From positions 13,208,001 to 13,272,000 of the forward strand of contig NC_087438.1 of the NCBI RefSeq assembly GCF_036321535.1: a stretch of 64,000 nt of DNA. The letters run 5' to 3'. Both the position numbers and the translations under genes were made by a program. The stretch comes from Camelus dromedarius. Its lineage: Eukaryota. The notes under the pieces are model-generated. The model saw nothing but the letters and a program-made list of their open reading frames with translations, ran no database searches and had not been told where the DNA came from. This document shows positions 1 to 13,354 of the stretch, one piece after another. How positions within the stretch are numbered: the first letter of the stretch is position 1; each line of letters begins with the position of its first letter.

Positions 1-519
1 GCAGTAGACAAAAACTGATAAAGCTGTTTTGAATTTTGGAAAGCATCGTCTCCACAAATAACAGGAGATGAGCCAGAGAAAGGAATAGGTGTACCATCAG
101 TGCTGCTGGAATTTAGACTCCTTCATTGTTGCCACCTATTCCGATTGTCTGAGGACTGTGTCGTGCCAGAAAGAGGAGAAGTGAGGGAATTCAGTCTAGT
201 AAAGCGTCATGAGTTGTGCAGCTGTGCGTCTGAGAAGAGAGGCAGTGATGCCCCTATGCTCACAGAGCTGCTCCAAGAACAAGTTGTGTCCCTCTGGGTC
301 TCAAAAGCTCTCTCTCCATTTGAGAATATAAAGATATTTAAATAAACACGAGACTTGAAAACACAACACCAAACAAACGAAATGGACATCTACTTAGAGA
401 TTCAGGAGACAGAGAATGTCTGGAAGTGGCAATGACTTAATCCCCAGTTCTAGGTCTTGTGTTATGTCTACAGAGAAAAGCAAAATACACCAAAAATAAA
501 CATAAATCTATACATCATG

Positions 520-765
520 CTCATTGGTGGCTGCCAGGGACAGGGAAGAGGATGCCAGTGTGGGAGGGAGGGATTACAATTGTAGGGACTTGGGACAACT
601 TGGGGAGGACAGACATATAGACATAGACATGGGTAGAGATACAAATGTTCAATACTTTGATTGCATTGATTGATCTACAGGTGTTATACATGGGCCAAAA
701 TTCACTATGTGCACATTGTACACATGCAGCTTATTGTATTTCAAGTGTACCTCAATAAGGCTAGA
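520..765 (+). mobile_element. Old L1 (L1MB/L1MC-like) 3' UTR fragment
   Basis: tggctgccaggga...atgcagcttattgtatttcaagtgtacctcaataaggct resembles old L1M 3' ends. Confidence 0.6.
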
Positions 766-873
766 AGAGTAGGAAACAAACAACTATCTTTGAGGAGCCC
801 CTATAGCAAGCAGTATCCTCAGAAGAGAAGCAGATTTCTATTAGAGTTAGAATGTGAACGGGATGTCCAGAGA

Positions 874-1545
874 AGACTTACCATGTGATCCAGCAATCCC
901 ACTCCTGGGCATATATCCAGAGGGGATGAAAATTTGAAAAGATACATGAACCCCAAGGTTCATATCTGTACTATTTACAATAGCCAAGACATGGAAATAA
1001 CTTAAATGTCCATTGACAGAGGACTAGATAAAGGAGCTGTGGTATATTTATACAATGGAATACTACTCAGCCATAAAAAAGAATAAAATAATGCTGTTTG
1101 CGCAACATGGATGGATCTGAAGATTGTCCTTCTAAGTGAAGTAAGCCAGAAAGAGAAAGAAAACTATCATGTGATATAAATCATATGTGGAATTTAAAAA
1201 AAAAGAAAAGGAAAAGAAAAGAGAAGACACCGATGAACTCATCTACAAAACAGAAACAGACTCACAGACATGGTAAACAAACTTATGGTTACCAGGGGGA
1301 AAGGAGGTAGGAAGGGATAAATTGGGAGTTCAAGATTTGCAAATATTAACTACTATATATAAAATAGATAAAAAAACAAATTTCTTTTATATAACACAGG
1401 GAACTATATTCAATCACTTATATAACATATAATGAAAAAGAATATGAAAATGAATATATGTATGTATATGTATGACTGAAACATTTTACTGTACTCCAGA
1501 AACTGACACATTGTAACTGACTACACTTCAGTTAAAAAAAAAAAA
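874..1545 (+). mobile_element. Young 5'-truncated L1 (end of ORF2, 3' UTR and poly-A)
   Basis: gatccagcaatcccactcctgggcatatatcc, atggaatactactcagccataaaaaagaat, ends actgactacacttcagtt-A12. Confidence 0.92.
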
Positions 1546-2744
1546 GAGATTATAGGGGCCATTCTGAAGGGACATGCAGTGGAAACTGTTCAGGAAATAA
1601 AAACATCAAAAACAGAAGCCAATATATACAGGAAGGAACACACGTTTAGATTATCCTTTTTCCATATGCAATGAAAAGCTCTTATTCATTCATTTTGGGG
1701 CATGGTGACGATCATGATAGTTGATGTGGTTACAAAGAAAAAAAATCATAGAGATGTAAAATTGCTCCAGTGGAAAAGTTTATCTGAATTGGGAGTTAAA
1801 GTCAATCAATATAAATTAATCTCAATATAAATGAATAATCTTTATAGCAGGGTTTATCCATACACATTTCAGTAGGCATGTAAATTTCCCAGTGCATCAG
1901 AAATTTAGTGTTTGAAGTTGATTAATGAGCAATTTAAATTTTAAAGTAAATTAAAACTCAGTAATTGAAAATTTTACATTTTTAACTTAGAAAGACAAAG
2001 TAATGTTCATCAGGAAGAAATCTGATGAGTTCAAGTCCAGAGGACCGTGGGGATTCATTTCATGTAATGGATTTTTTATGGACAGTTTTATTTTCTTTCA
2101 ATGGCTTTATGGGAGATATTTCATTTTTCATTTCCCTTCATGTCATTTAGTCGGAAAGTCATTAAATGAATATGTAATGATTCCTGATTAATATTTTAAG
2201 GCTCTAAATATTTAACAATTCTGACAGAGCTATAAAACAACTTCCAATTACGCTAACATGTAAAGGCAGGGGAAAAGGTGATAGAGGAAGGAAAAAAATA
2301 CTGAATAAATTGCAGGCCTATAAATTTAAATTACAATCACAAATTACTTAAATAATATCACATTATAACCTAAAAAATAACAATCACTGGTAGAATATTA
2401 CCGAGGAATCACTGTGTGATAAATGTTACCCTATGTTTCTATTAACATTGTAGAGATGTCCAGTGGTCTTATTGAGATAGTAACAAATCCTGGTGTGACT
2501 TATGCTCACTCACTGTTCAAAAGACAGAAATAATTTTCTGTATATTCATCACTAAAGGAAATGCTTGTAAAATGTGTGATAAACAATAACCCCAAATATC
2601 TATTTTGATTTAAAACACATCTTGATTAATTAGCATTCATTAATAATTATTAATTCCAAGTATTGTGAAATATCCATGAATATTTGAGCTGTTAGGTAAA
2701 GTACAACAAATATTTAACAAAATATTAATGTCACCATGAATTGG

Positions 2745-2960
2745 CGTAGCATAATGGTGAAGATCCTGGGCACTGGGCACTGAGCAAAGTGCCAATGTTC
2801 AAATTCTACTTCTATGAATTTCAGCCTTAAAACAGTTAAAAGTTGTGGTGCCTTGGATTCTTACCTGTAATATGGTAATAAGAGTACTTACCTGATAGAG
2901 ATGTTGGGAGGATGAAATGATTAATCACACAAAAGAAAAACATAAATAAATTCTAAGCTC
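2745..2960 (+). mobile_element. MIR SINE
   Basis: Core-like cttacctgtaatatggtaataagagtacttacctgatagagatgttgggaggatgaaatga. Confidence 0.7.
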
Positions 2961-3716
2961 ACAAAAACGTTAACGACTCCTGCTGCAGTGGGGCTATTGG
3001 GTCTGGGCTTTGGACCAGATGAGATGCACAAAGCAGCAGGGGTGGTTGGGGCAATGATAAATGATCTTGGAGTTCTTCCAGTGCCTGAAATAAACTGCAG
3101 AGTGAGGCAAGATAGATTTAATATTCATCCTCTACGTGTAAAGGCATTTGCACCCAGCGATGTGGTTACAAAGTCTGTCTACAATGGCTGGAGAGGAGCT
3201 CCTTACTTTATCATCACATTCATGTAGGGGTTTTTACAAGAAACTGAAATAGTTAATACATACTAATCATGCAGGAACATAATGCTCTCAGTTTTTATAG
3301 GAATATTAAAAAGATTATTCAGCAAATTTTATTAACTAAAATAAATATTAGCAGTAAGATATTTATTTCAGTGTTTATGTGTCAACTACATCATAAATAA
3401 AGCATGAATAAATGTTCATTTTAGTTTAGCGTGATAATTTAAGCTCTGTTATGTAAATGATTTTCTCAGAGGAACAAATGTACTAAAATGCAAATTAAGA
3501 GAGTTAAAATAGCGGACACATGTTTTTTTCGCTCTTTATTAGTTTGATACATTTCTAGTTAATTACTGTATTGAAATAAATTTCAAATTATTATTAGTAA
3601 TATATGCATAAATATGAAGACTATGTTCTCATAATGAATTTATTATTATACAATTAGTTCTTATATTTATTCTTGCCTTATTTCTTTATAAAGGTTAATA
3701 GAAAAGGTATAAAGAC

Positions 3717-4269
3717 TGTTTTATAAAACAATTAGGCAGTTAGATAAGTGGGAGCATGGGGCAGATGGGTGGAGGAGAGGGAGGATGGTCGGGAAGGTGG
3801 CGTTATGCCCACTGCCAACATAAAGGGGCTTTACTTCTAAGTGAGTGCCAGCAAGAGACCAGTTAAAACCTGATAGCTGCAACTGCTCGCTAGTGAGAAG
3901 CACTTAACTGGACATGACCCGATGCTCACTGTAATATGATTAACACTGTAGTTTAGACTCCCCCAACCATGGGTTTTTCTGTGTACACCATGCAAAGGTG
4001 CCAAACATGACTAAGCCTTCCAGAGACCAGAGCAGTCAGCCAATCGAAAGACCACCTTTAAGACAGGGTAGCAGAGAAAGGGCAGACAAAGACCATTCCT
4101 AACCTCCCTTGGATGAGCCCACCTCCCATTTTTAGAGGTGTGCTTTTCTTTTCCTAAACAAATCCTTTAAAATCCTTCGCTACACAACACTCTCCATCTC
4201 CCATCTATAATCTTACCTTTTGGGTAAGACAGAGATTGGGGTCCTTTCCCTCTTCCTTTTGAGGTAACA
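3717..4269 (+). mobile_element. ERV1-type solo LTR
   Basis: TG...ggtaaCA termini, internal CCAAT, near-TSD agac/aaac, GC-richer than its flanks. Confidence 0.6.
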
Positions 4270-4387
4270 AAACAATAAGAAAGCAAAAAAGGGAACAAAA
4301 GATTCTTTCTAAGCGTTAAGGACAAATAAAAACAGATTTCTCATTTAGAGACAGAATTTTCAGAATTAACTTCAACACTACTAAATC

Positions 4388-4565
4388 AGTGGTGCCCCAT
4401 GTGAAATATAATGCAAACCACGTATGTCATTTTAAATTTTCTAATATCCACTGTAAAAAAATATATAAAATAAAATCAATTAACTTAATTTTAGTAACAT
4501 AGTATATTAAACATAGTATATCCAAAAACTACCCCTTCAACATGTAATTTATGTTAGAATTATTA
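4388..4565 (+). mobile_element. MER33-like hAT-Charlie fragment
   Basis: gaaatataatgcaaaccacgtatgtcattttaaattttcta...tatatccaaaa...ttcaacatgtaat. Confidence 0.7.
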
Positions 4566-5131
4566 ACCTAAGGATCATGTAGAGAAACTGATGTGTCCCA
4601 AGTCATTGTGCAGTAAGTAGTGGAAACGTAACAAAAACAAATAGCATGAGTGCTGGTCTGTACATACTCAGACTTAGTAATCCACTTCCTGTTTTCCTTG
4701 ATCACTCCCAGCATCCTTGTTTTGTCTCCTTAATGTGGCTGTAAACTGCCTTGCAACAGTTATCCTAACGCCAACCATGATGCTTAAACTTGGTAGCTAC
4801 CCCAAAGCAATCGTTCCCTGTACTTCCATAAGATACTGTGTATTAAAAATGCATAATCAATATATGGATGATTCAAAGTTGATAATATTTTTATCTCATT
4901 TTAATGTAACTGTCATTACTAAGACACTGTGCTTTTGGTACTCTGACAAATATGCAAATATACAAAATATACCCAAAAGACCCAGTTTTACCCTTTCAGG
5001 AATTTGTAATCTACTAATAAAGACTCAGTTGTTTAACAATAGGGAAACATGAAAAATTGAGCACTTAGATAATATTTCTAAAAAAATACACGATTAGAGA
5101 GAGAACCAGATTAATGCCAATCATGTTAAGG

Positions 5132-5311
5132 TAGGGGTTGTAACGAATATAAAAAAGCGCCCAGTTAAATTTGAATTTCTGATAAACAACAAAAATTTCA
5201 GATAAACAACAAGTAAGTTCCACGTAATCTGTGGCACATACTCATTTAAAAACTGTGTTGACATAAACCTCAAATTCAACAGAATATCCTATATTTGATC
5301 TGGAAAACCTA
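5132..5311. mobile_element. MER53 palindromic hAT MITE
   Basis: gcccagttaaatttgaatttctgataaacaac...caaattcaacagaatatcctatatttgatctggaaaacct; long imperfect inverted repeat. Confidence 0.8.
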
Positions 5312-5339
5312 TGTGCAAGACTCTTAGAGGTTTGTTTTG

Positions 5340-5640
5340 ACTGCAGTTTCTGGTTATGACATGGCTGCTAAAAATCCTGCGACATTAAGTCAAATGAAAA
5401 TATTATATTACAGAAGAAAAGCAATAGTTTTTATATATTGCGGGCCAATTTGTCAGTCATGCAAAAGTATTTCTCGGTTCATAGTATGTTAACAGAATTA
5501 TCAATATATGGGTAATGATTCAAAGTGATTTCATATGAATTATGTTGATGGAGTTGTGGAGAAGGTTTTGAAAAAGAATGGCAACCTTTTTTAACATTTC
5601 AAGGAATGTAATGTGGAAAATCACTTATTTTTTATGACTT
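5340..5640 (+). mobile_element. L3/CR1 fragment
   Basis: atgacatggctgctaaaaa and aaggaatgtaatgtggaaaa resemble the L3 3' region. Confidence 0.4.
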
Positions 5641-6989
5641 CATATTTTTTCAAAATAAAGCAGTGATTTATAAGTCATTTTTATAATTCTTACAAAAGGT
5701 GGATGAGCATAATTCATCTCAAAGCATTTATTTCTCATTGACTATTCTCTAACTCAAGGTAATATGGGTTGGGGAGGGTGTGTGTGTTCTTTTAATTACA
5801 ATTTAGATTTATATAATAAAGATTTGACATTCACCAAAATTATATGCATTATGTTTCAAATGATACATGAATTCACAGAAATGATTTGTTGTGAAATTAT
5901 TAAGATATTGAATATGTGTTATATTTTAATAAATTTAATATATATTTAAAATTAACCTTGAATAAATTTAGTAAAATTAATAAATACATTTCAAAGTTAT
6001 CCTTGAATTCTATGCATACTTAAAAATCTAAGTTAATTTCATCTGAAAATACAGCAAATTTTGTTCTGTCAGATAGCTTTGAAATAAAAATGAAAGTTAA
6101 GTAAAATAATGTAACAAATCTACTGCAAGCATATCAATGTACCTTTATTTTTAAATAAAGATTACCAGGAAAATAACTTGCCTGGAAAAAAATTTATGTT
6201 AAACAGTTATTATCACCTTTGATGATAGTCATAATCCAAAATTTAGGAAATCTAAAAACTTGTATAAGAAATTCTCAGGTCATTTCTTGAATGTGCATTT
6301 CTTAGGTTGTTTCGCTTGAGAATACTGTCCATATGACAAGTAGTTAATACTGATGAGTTAAGGGTAATGTAATTCTTTCTTTAAAAGGTCACTGTGAGTG
6401 TAGAAATATTATTTTAGAAATTAAACAGAGAAAGGTAACTCCATACATCTATTCTGTCATTAACTACAAAGACTGGCTTCTGGAAGGGAATCCAGATAGA
6501 AATTTATTTTAGTACAGGTATGTATTTCCATATGGACTCAGACAACATAAATTGATTATTAAAAAGATATTTTAATAAAGGAAGTTATAATTATAGCAAA
6601 TAAAGGGAGTGAGCCAATCATCATAGAATTTGATCAATTTTAAGTTAGGCATCTGGCATCCAGGTGATGCAGATTGTTCCTTTTAAAATGTAAAAGTGAT
6701 GTCACTTTTAATGCACTAATTATCCTCCAGATGAAATCAAAGCACATTAACATACTATTCATCAAATGTCAACACACCCTAATCTCTTCTTGATATTCAT
6801 CCCCTAACACCTTACTTGTAATCAATGCACTCTCCTCAGTGCCTTGAATGTACCTGTAAAGATCCTTCTAACTTTACCTGGAATTTCCTTCCACCTTTTC
6901 TTTATATTTGTACCAAACTCTTCAGAATGTTACTCAGAGGTCACTTTCATGCACCCATCTACCCAGCCACTTTTTAGCAACTATTAAGA

Positions 6990-7885
6990 ACACTCTATTG
7001 GAAGGGTCTAGGGGCTGTATTGTTGACAAAATGAGGTAAAGCCCTTACTTTCACAAATCTTACCTGCTAGTAGAGGTGGATGACAAAGATTAAATATATC
7101 AAGTATTTTAAATTAACAAAAAATAAGATAAGATATTAGGAATGAAATGGGAGGCATTTCATACAACATAGATGGGGAGGGGCCTCTCTGATGAGATGAG
7201 TTTTGTACAGCAAGCTGAGTGCTGTGTGAACAGATAACTGGACTTTTGGTGAGAGTGTTACTGAGTCCAAGCGAGCTGCAGGACAAGCTAATAAATCAAG
7301 ACACAAGTTGCTGGGAAAGGAATAGCAGCTTTATTCAAAACCAGCAGATGGAGAAGATGGTGGGCTATTGTCCCAAAGAACTATCTTACCTAAGTTAGAA
7401 TCCATGCTTCTTTTATACCAAAAGGGGAAGGGGGTGTAGCATGTTGTTGCAAACTTCTTGGTGCCAGAATTCTTTGTTATTGCGGGTGTCCACAGGGGTC
7501 TGGTCACAATAAACCTCCAACAAGACAAATGTTATTCTCTATTCTGCAACTTTTTATCTTTATATGGATGGAAAAATATTATACTTTTAAAGGTCAGAGC
7601 CTTGAGAATGGGCTATCGTGTATATTTCAGGCTATAGGCAACATTATTCTACAAAGGTGCAGAGCCATCATGTCTAAGCACAGGCAACAGAGCACAAGGG
7701 TTAGAGATCTAATATGGAGTCGGGTTTGTTCCTCTCTGTTACAAGAGCATCAAAGCAGAAAGAGTAGCCAGTACTGAGCCCCTCAGAATAATCAGCACAG
7801 GTGAAAAGTAGGAAAGAAGTCAATGTGACTAGGGAGTGAGAAGTAGGAGAAGGAATGGGAGATCACACCAGATGGCCATGGTTAA
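6990..7885 (-). mobile_element. L2 LINE fragment interrupted by an LTR
   Basis: ggggcctctctgatgagatgagttttg; resumes after the LTR and runs to gccatggttaag. Confidence 0.6.
7256..7743 (-). mobile_element. ERV1-type solo LTR, 488 bp, 4-bp TSD
   Basis: TG...CA ends flanked by agag (7252-7255 and 7744-7747); AATAAA on the minus strand near 7330. Confidence 0.9.
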
Positions 7886-8070
7886 GCCTCCCCATGATCA
7901 CCCCAGGCTTCTCCAACTGCTGGCGCCTTTTCTCCTGTGCGCCCACAAAACCCTGCAACAGTCCAACCTCAGGCTTATACACCAAGTAATGGAATGGCTT
8001 GTCTTTGGGCCCCAGTTGGTGGTGTCTTCTGTAGGTCAAGCACTTGGCTTCTACCATACTCTCAAGTCTT
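7880..8070 (-). pseudogene. Possible highly decayed RPL15-like processed pseudogene fragment
   Basis: Minus-strand LGPKDKPFHYLVYKPEV resembles recalled RPL15 LGYKAKQGYVIYRIRV; downstream aagcctg...atcatgg...ttaacca also similar; weak. Confidence 0.25.
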
Positions 8071-10059
8071 TTAACTTTCATTTTATATTTCAGCTCTTGC
8101 CATGTTGGCCACACTCTTCATTTATTGAACACTTATGAGTAAGCAGAATTATCTGTAAGGCATCATTGTGAGTCATAAGAAGAAACAAGTAATTCAGATC
8201 ATTTTCCTTAAGAATCTTTACAATTAGTATTTTTTTTCAATAAGATATTTAAAGAAAATCATGCTTAGTTTCATGTAGGTGATGCACATAAAATGCTGTG
8301 GGAGTTAAAAAAGGAGATCATTTCCTTTAGCTGACTTTCAAGGTGGTTGCAGGGAGAAGTGACAGCGTAGGGAGTGTGCTCAGGAAGTCTTATGTGTAGA
8401 AATGGCCTTTTTAAACTCTAAGCTTTTGATGTACAATTATTGCAGAGAAATGGTCAAATACCCTAAGTAGACTATAAAATCTTGGAAGTATGTAATGTAT
8501 CATATTTTGTTCTTCCAACTATGAGCTGACAATATCTCTTATCATTACTATATTATCTCCTAATTTAAAAATATTTTAAGACAAGGTTCATGTGTTCATA
8601 TATTCCATTTTCTTACTTAAACTATATCAGCAATGCAAAATTTGATTTCCACTTTCAATGGCTTTGAAGTATGATAAAAAAATCTTAAGGTATTTGTGAA
8701 GCCAATCAGGAGCATGATTCTGTAGCCTTTTTTTTTCATATTTTAATGTTTTCTTACAGCTACCTAATTTATTAGTACTTTTACTGACTAAATTTGTAAA
8801 TATTTACACAATATTAAAGTAGTTTTTAAAAAGAAGATACTCTTTTACACATAGATCATGAGTTTGCTACTATTTAGTTAATATGTAATGGCAATAAAAA
8901 ATTTTATATGGCCAGGTTTTGTAAAAAGACACAACTGATTCTTGGTAAACATCTAACTCAGCTAGTGGGATAAAAAAAAAAAACAAAAAAAAAAACATAA
9001 TTGTACCAGAAGGAAAATTACTTGTAGAGGATCCCAGTAAAGATTTGCTATAGAAGCTGGAAAGATCATCTAACACTTGGTTTAACTTAAGTAGGTAGGA
9101 AGAACTTCCTCTGAAATTGCTGTGCAATAAAAAAATTTACATTAACCTCTTCTGCCTCTGAAGATAAGAGGACATACCATATAATTGAAGAAAACACTTC
9201 CTGTACTGCTTCCTTTTATGTTATCTTGCCTACAGAAGCAAGATTACTGATACTAGAAAAACATTATTGTTGGCATCTGCTATGAGTAAGAGTTGTTGTC
9301 CTTTGTTTCTTATCTTAGAGTAATAGACATTTATAAGCAAAATTGTTATTTATTCTTCTTTCCAAGTTTCTCAAGATTATATGGTGACAAACTCCAATTT
9401 AAGAAATGTCCTAAACAGGTTTATTTAAAAAAACATCATGGAAAAAGTGGGAGGATTAAAATGAAAGTAATGTGAATCAATCTCAGTTTATCCACATGAA
9501 AGTTTATTCAACCTCTTTGAACTTCTATGAAAAATGGATAATAAAACTATTACTAGAGTGCTCATCAAGATTAAACATGGTATTATAGAAAATAAATGGT
9601 TCCAGTCATATGAGTTAAAAGACACTTGAAATGAGAAAAGCATTATTGATTTTTGAGAGTTCAAATGTAAAATGGATGCATGAGAGAAATGAAAAGTAAT
9701 GTTGTCACTTTAAAGAGATTAAATGTCTCCCAGGTCAGCAAAATCTTACTGTAATACGATTTAATATATTGAGAAAGTCAAGGTTTTAATCTATCTACCG
9801 TATCTAAGGTAATATTTCTCATATGTAAGTAATGGATTAACCCTTTTTAAAAACTCAAAATAAGCAAAACAAGAGAAACAGTCAGAGGATATCCAGCATC
9901 AATGTTAAGAAAATTGTTAAGAATATTTAAATCTAGATTTGAAATAAACCGATTAGGATTATAGTTCATATAAAACAAACAAAATACCCCTCAAACCACA
10001 CAATCAAATATATGAAAAAAGTAAGTGTGGAAGTGATATTCATACAAAGCTGTATTTAG

Positions 10060-11760
10060 TCCCTTTAAGATGGCATGGAATTAGTCTCTCCACATTCCTC
10101 TCCTCTAAGAATAAGTATAACCCCTAGAAATAATGCAAGAGAAAACTTAAAGAGAACTCTAAAAGGTAGAAAGAGGATGGCAAATTTTGGGGGGATCCCA
10201 AAACGGAAGGAAGAGCATAGTGGCGAGACATCTTAGAATCGTCCCTACATTCTGAAGGTTGGTACGGTCAATAGAAGAAGACAACTTAGGCCTCACATTT
10301 CTGACACCCCACCTAGCGACAAAATTTGGCCTGAGAAGACTCATCTGTCTGCTGGACTGAGTGGGTAGCCTGACAATGAAACCAGGCAGCCTCGCAGAAT
10401 GAGCAAGGAGAATTGACTGAGCTCTTTGCTGAAAATGAGAAGCCATATTAAGCAGTTCCCCATCACACCTGAGACTCCCCTCTCACACCCGGTGACATCG
10501 TGTAGCCAGAGCACTGGAAAGGGTGACCTGACTTTCACAAATGTCCAGCTCATAAAGAGCTCATTGCCCTCCACTGTCCAGGAACATGAAGTCAGGGGAG
10601 TATTCTGCCACAAGAAGCATCTGCTAAGGAAGCACTTGTTTGTGAGTTGGAGACTCTTATTGCCAAATGTGGACATTTGGCAATAGTTGGTCTGGCTTGG
10701 AAGCACTCCCTCCACTGTCTCAAGCAGTATGAACGAAGAGCATCAGCAGGAGGTCAACCAACCAGACCAAAATAATAACATGGAGGCTCTAAAAATTGAC
10801 TGTCATTATCACAACAGCCCACAAAAGTGGGCCATGGCCTTCATGATAAAACTTAATAGGTGAATGCCTGCTAAAATAAAAAAAAAAAAAAGAAAGAAAA
10901 TAAATAGGGCCCAAACGTTTCAAATAACAGTCAAAATATCCAGGATATAATTGAAAACCACCCATCATGCCAAAAACTAGGAAAATCACAGCTTGAATTA
11001 AAACTGACAATCAACTGCTGCTAACACTGGGGTGAATCAGATACTGGAATTATCTCAGAGATATTAAAGCAGCCATCATAGAAATGATTTAACAGGCAGC
11101 TATAAATTCTCCTGAAGCAAATACAAAACAAACCAGAAACTCCAGAAAAGAAATAGAGCTTATAAAAAATGGAATTATAGAACAGAAAAACACAATGACA
11201 GATTTTTTTCTTTTCAAATAACAATAAACTTAGCCTCAGGAACCTACTGGCCAATAAAAGAGACCCAATATTTGTATCACTGGAGTCCCAGGCAGAACTT
11301 GGACATCCCAGCCTTCAAAACTGTGAAAAACAAATGTTTATTATTTAAGCCACTTAGCTTACAGCACATTTTTATAGACAAATACCCAGAGCAACTGCTG
11401 AAAAAACTCTACAAAGAGATTCACTCAAAAACATTTTAACTAAATCAAGAAGTCCTAAAAAACTTCACATGAAAGCAAGAAAAAAAAAAAGAACCCAGAG
11501 AAATGGAAGCGGAGGAAAGAAATAAAAAACAAGTGATAACATAGCATTCTTAAGCCCAAACATAGCAATAATTACTTTAAATGTAAATGGTGTAAATATA
11601 TTACTTGATGAGCAGAGATTGTCACACTGGATTTAAAAAAATAAAACATGGCTCAAGTATATGCAGTTTACAAGAAACTCACTTTAAATTCAATGACATG
11701 AATAGCCTGGAAGTACACATTAATTTCCAAAAACAGCAAGAGTATATTGATTTCAATTAA
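10060..11760 (+). mobile_element. Old L1 5' region, ORF1 remnant and start of ORF2 endonuclease
   Basis: aagatggc 5' start; ataattactttaaatgtaaatgg (ITLNVNG) and ttacaagaaactcacttt (LQETHF) endonuclease motifs. Confidence 0.75.
11290..11378 (+). mobile_element. MLT1 (MaLR) LTR 3' fragment within L1
   Basis: ttggacatcccagccttcaaaactgtgaaaaacaaatgtttattatttaagccac. Confidence 0.65.
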
Positions 11761-11962
11761 AGTGATAAAACTAATAAAATTAAACTTAGCAGTTTTAAAA
11801 ATAAATTAATGGTATTATTTAGGAAAACAAATTTGCTTTTAGTGCCCCTTCCTTAAAGTCAAATGCACTATATAGGTATTTTGAATTTTCATGTTATAAA
11901 TCATCATACTAAATATCTATAGGATAAACTAAAGAAGCAACCCAAGAGATAATTGAAGAGTT

Positions 11963-12087
11963 GGGGGAGGGTATAGCTCAAGTGGTAGAATGCATGCTTA
12001 GCATGCAGTAGGTGCTGGGTTCAATCCCCAGTACCTCCATCAGAAATAAATAAGTAAATCGAATTACCGCCCCACCAATAAAAACCC
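11963..12087 (+). mobile_element. Vic-1-like tRNA-derived SINE (camelid)
   Basis: ggggagggtatagctcaagtggtaga (A box), gggttcaatccc (B box), A-rich tail, TSD agataa(t/c)tgaagag at 11947-11960 and 12088-12101. Confidence 0.9.
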
Positions 12088-12119
12088 AGATAACTGAAGA
12101 GCCCCTAACCACATAAACG

Positions 12120-12340
12120 GAGTAGCCAATATTCAGTTCTGACACATTGTTGCCATGTGGGAACAGGAACTAATTTTGACAAGTAGTTTGCATTTTTCAA
12201 GATCTGCCAGAGATCTAGATTTTTCTTGAAATTTCCTGTATTTAAATGTATACAACTAATCAATACTCACTGTTTTAATCTCCTGTAAGTTAAACTAGAC
12301 AGCTGGGGACATTTTTAACCCATGGGCTACAGGTCTGCCA
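12120..12340. mobile_element. hAT (MER102-like) fragment
   Basis: tttttcaagatctgccagagatctagattttt...aaatgtatacaactaat. Confidence 0.4.
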
Positions 12341-13354
12341 TTTCTGTTCTAATTGAATTGCTGTCAATTAGTCTTGAAGTTGGTCTTTGATAATATTACT
12401 GGCTTTATTGAATAAGTCCACCTGTCTTTAATTCTCATTATCTTCAAACAATTAAAATTATACTACATGCCAAGAATATAAGGAAGATGCAAATATTAAA
12501 ATGTTTAATATCATTGTCTAGATGAAAAAGACCCAATATATGTGTTTTTGTGATATGCATCTATTTACGTGGCTAGATTAGTATAAAATTGAGAATGTAA
12601 ACTTAAATATATCCATAATGATTCTGCATATTCTAGAAATATATTCATCTATGGCTCTTGGAGAAAATTTACTTTGAAATATTTAGACACCTAAGCAAAG
12701 ACTGCCAGTCAGATTTGTCATAATATTTAAGCAGAAACACAAAAAATCAAGTTTGTTTGTTTTTTTAAAGTGCAGATGATTCTTTATATGAGTTAAGTGA
12801 ATCAGTGTCTTTTTAAGATCATGTTTAACATACATTTAAATCTCTTATTTTAATTCCATGCTAATAACTCACCACTGGTTGGGATTTGGATTCCTGAATG
12901 TTCTTTCTTAAAGAATACATAACTCAGGCCCATCCTAAGGTGTGCTCTGCCTGCCATAGTCATTGTTATCATTGTAGATAATGTAGGGTTAGACACTAAC
13001 TCATTATAAAATTCTCAGTTCATTTTAAGTGTTTATCTGTTCCATTAAAAAATATCCAGCCCAAATTATAATAATCCCAGCCACCCTTTTGCATCTTTCC
13101 ACTTCTTAAAGCCCTTATATTATGGTTTGAAAGTAAAGATGTAAACTATATCCACTCTTGGAATATTCACTAGAAACTTTAGCATGATACTAACTCAATC
13201 TTAAAAAATTCAATGTCTTTCAGACTTGTGTGGGAAAAAATATTTATATATATTGTTACTTAAACTGTCAATCGGCTTTCATTAAAATGTAAGCAAATAT
13301 TAAGCATTTAAAACAAAAGAAATATAGCAAATTAATAAAATGATGAGTGCGATC

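Noticed and set aside
7529..7777. ORF sharing LENGLSCIFQA with ORF 34687-34938, an apparent gene family
   Set aside because: Both lie within copies of the same LTR
11963..12040. tRNA gene-like sequence (also at 48876)
   Set aside because: It has an A-rich tail, a TSD and a diverged second copy, so it is a SINE head rather than a tRNA gene
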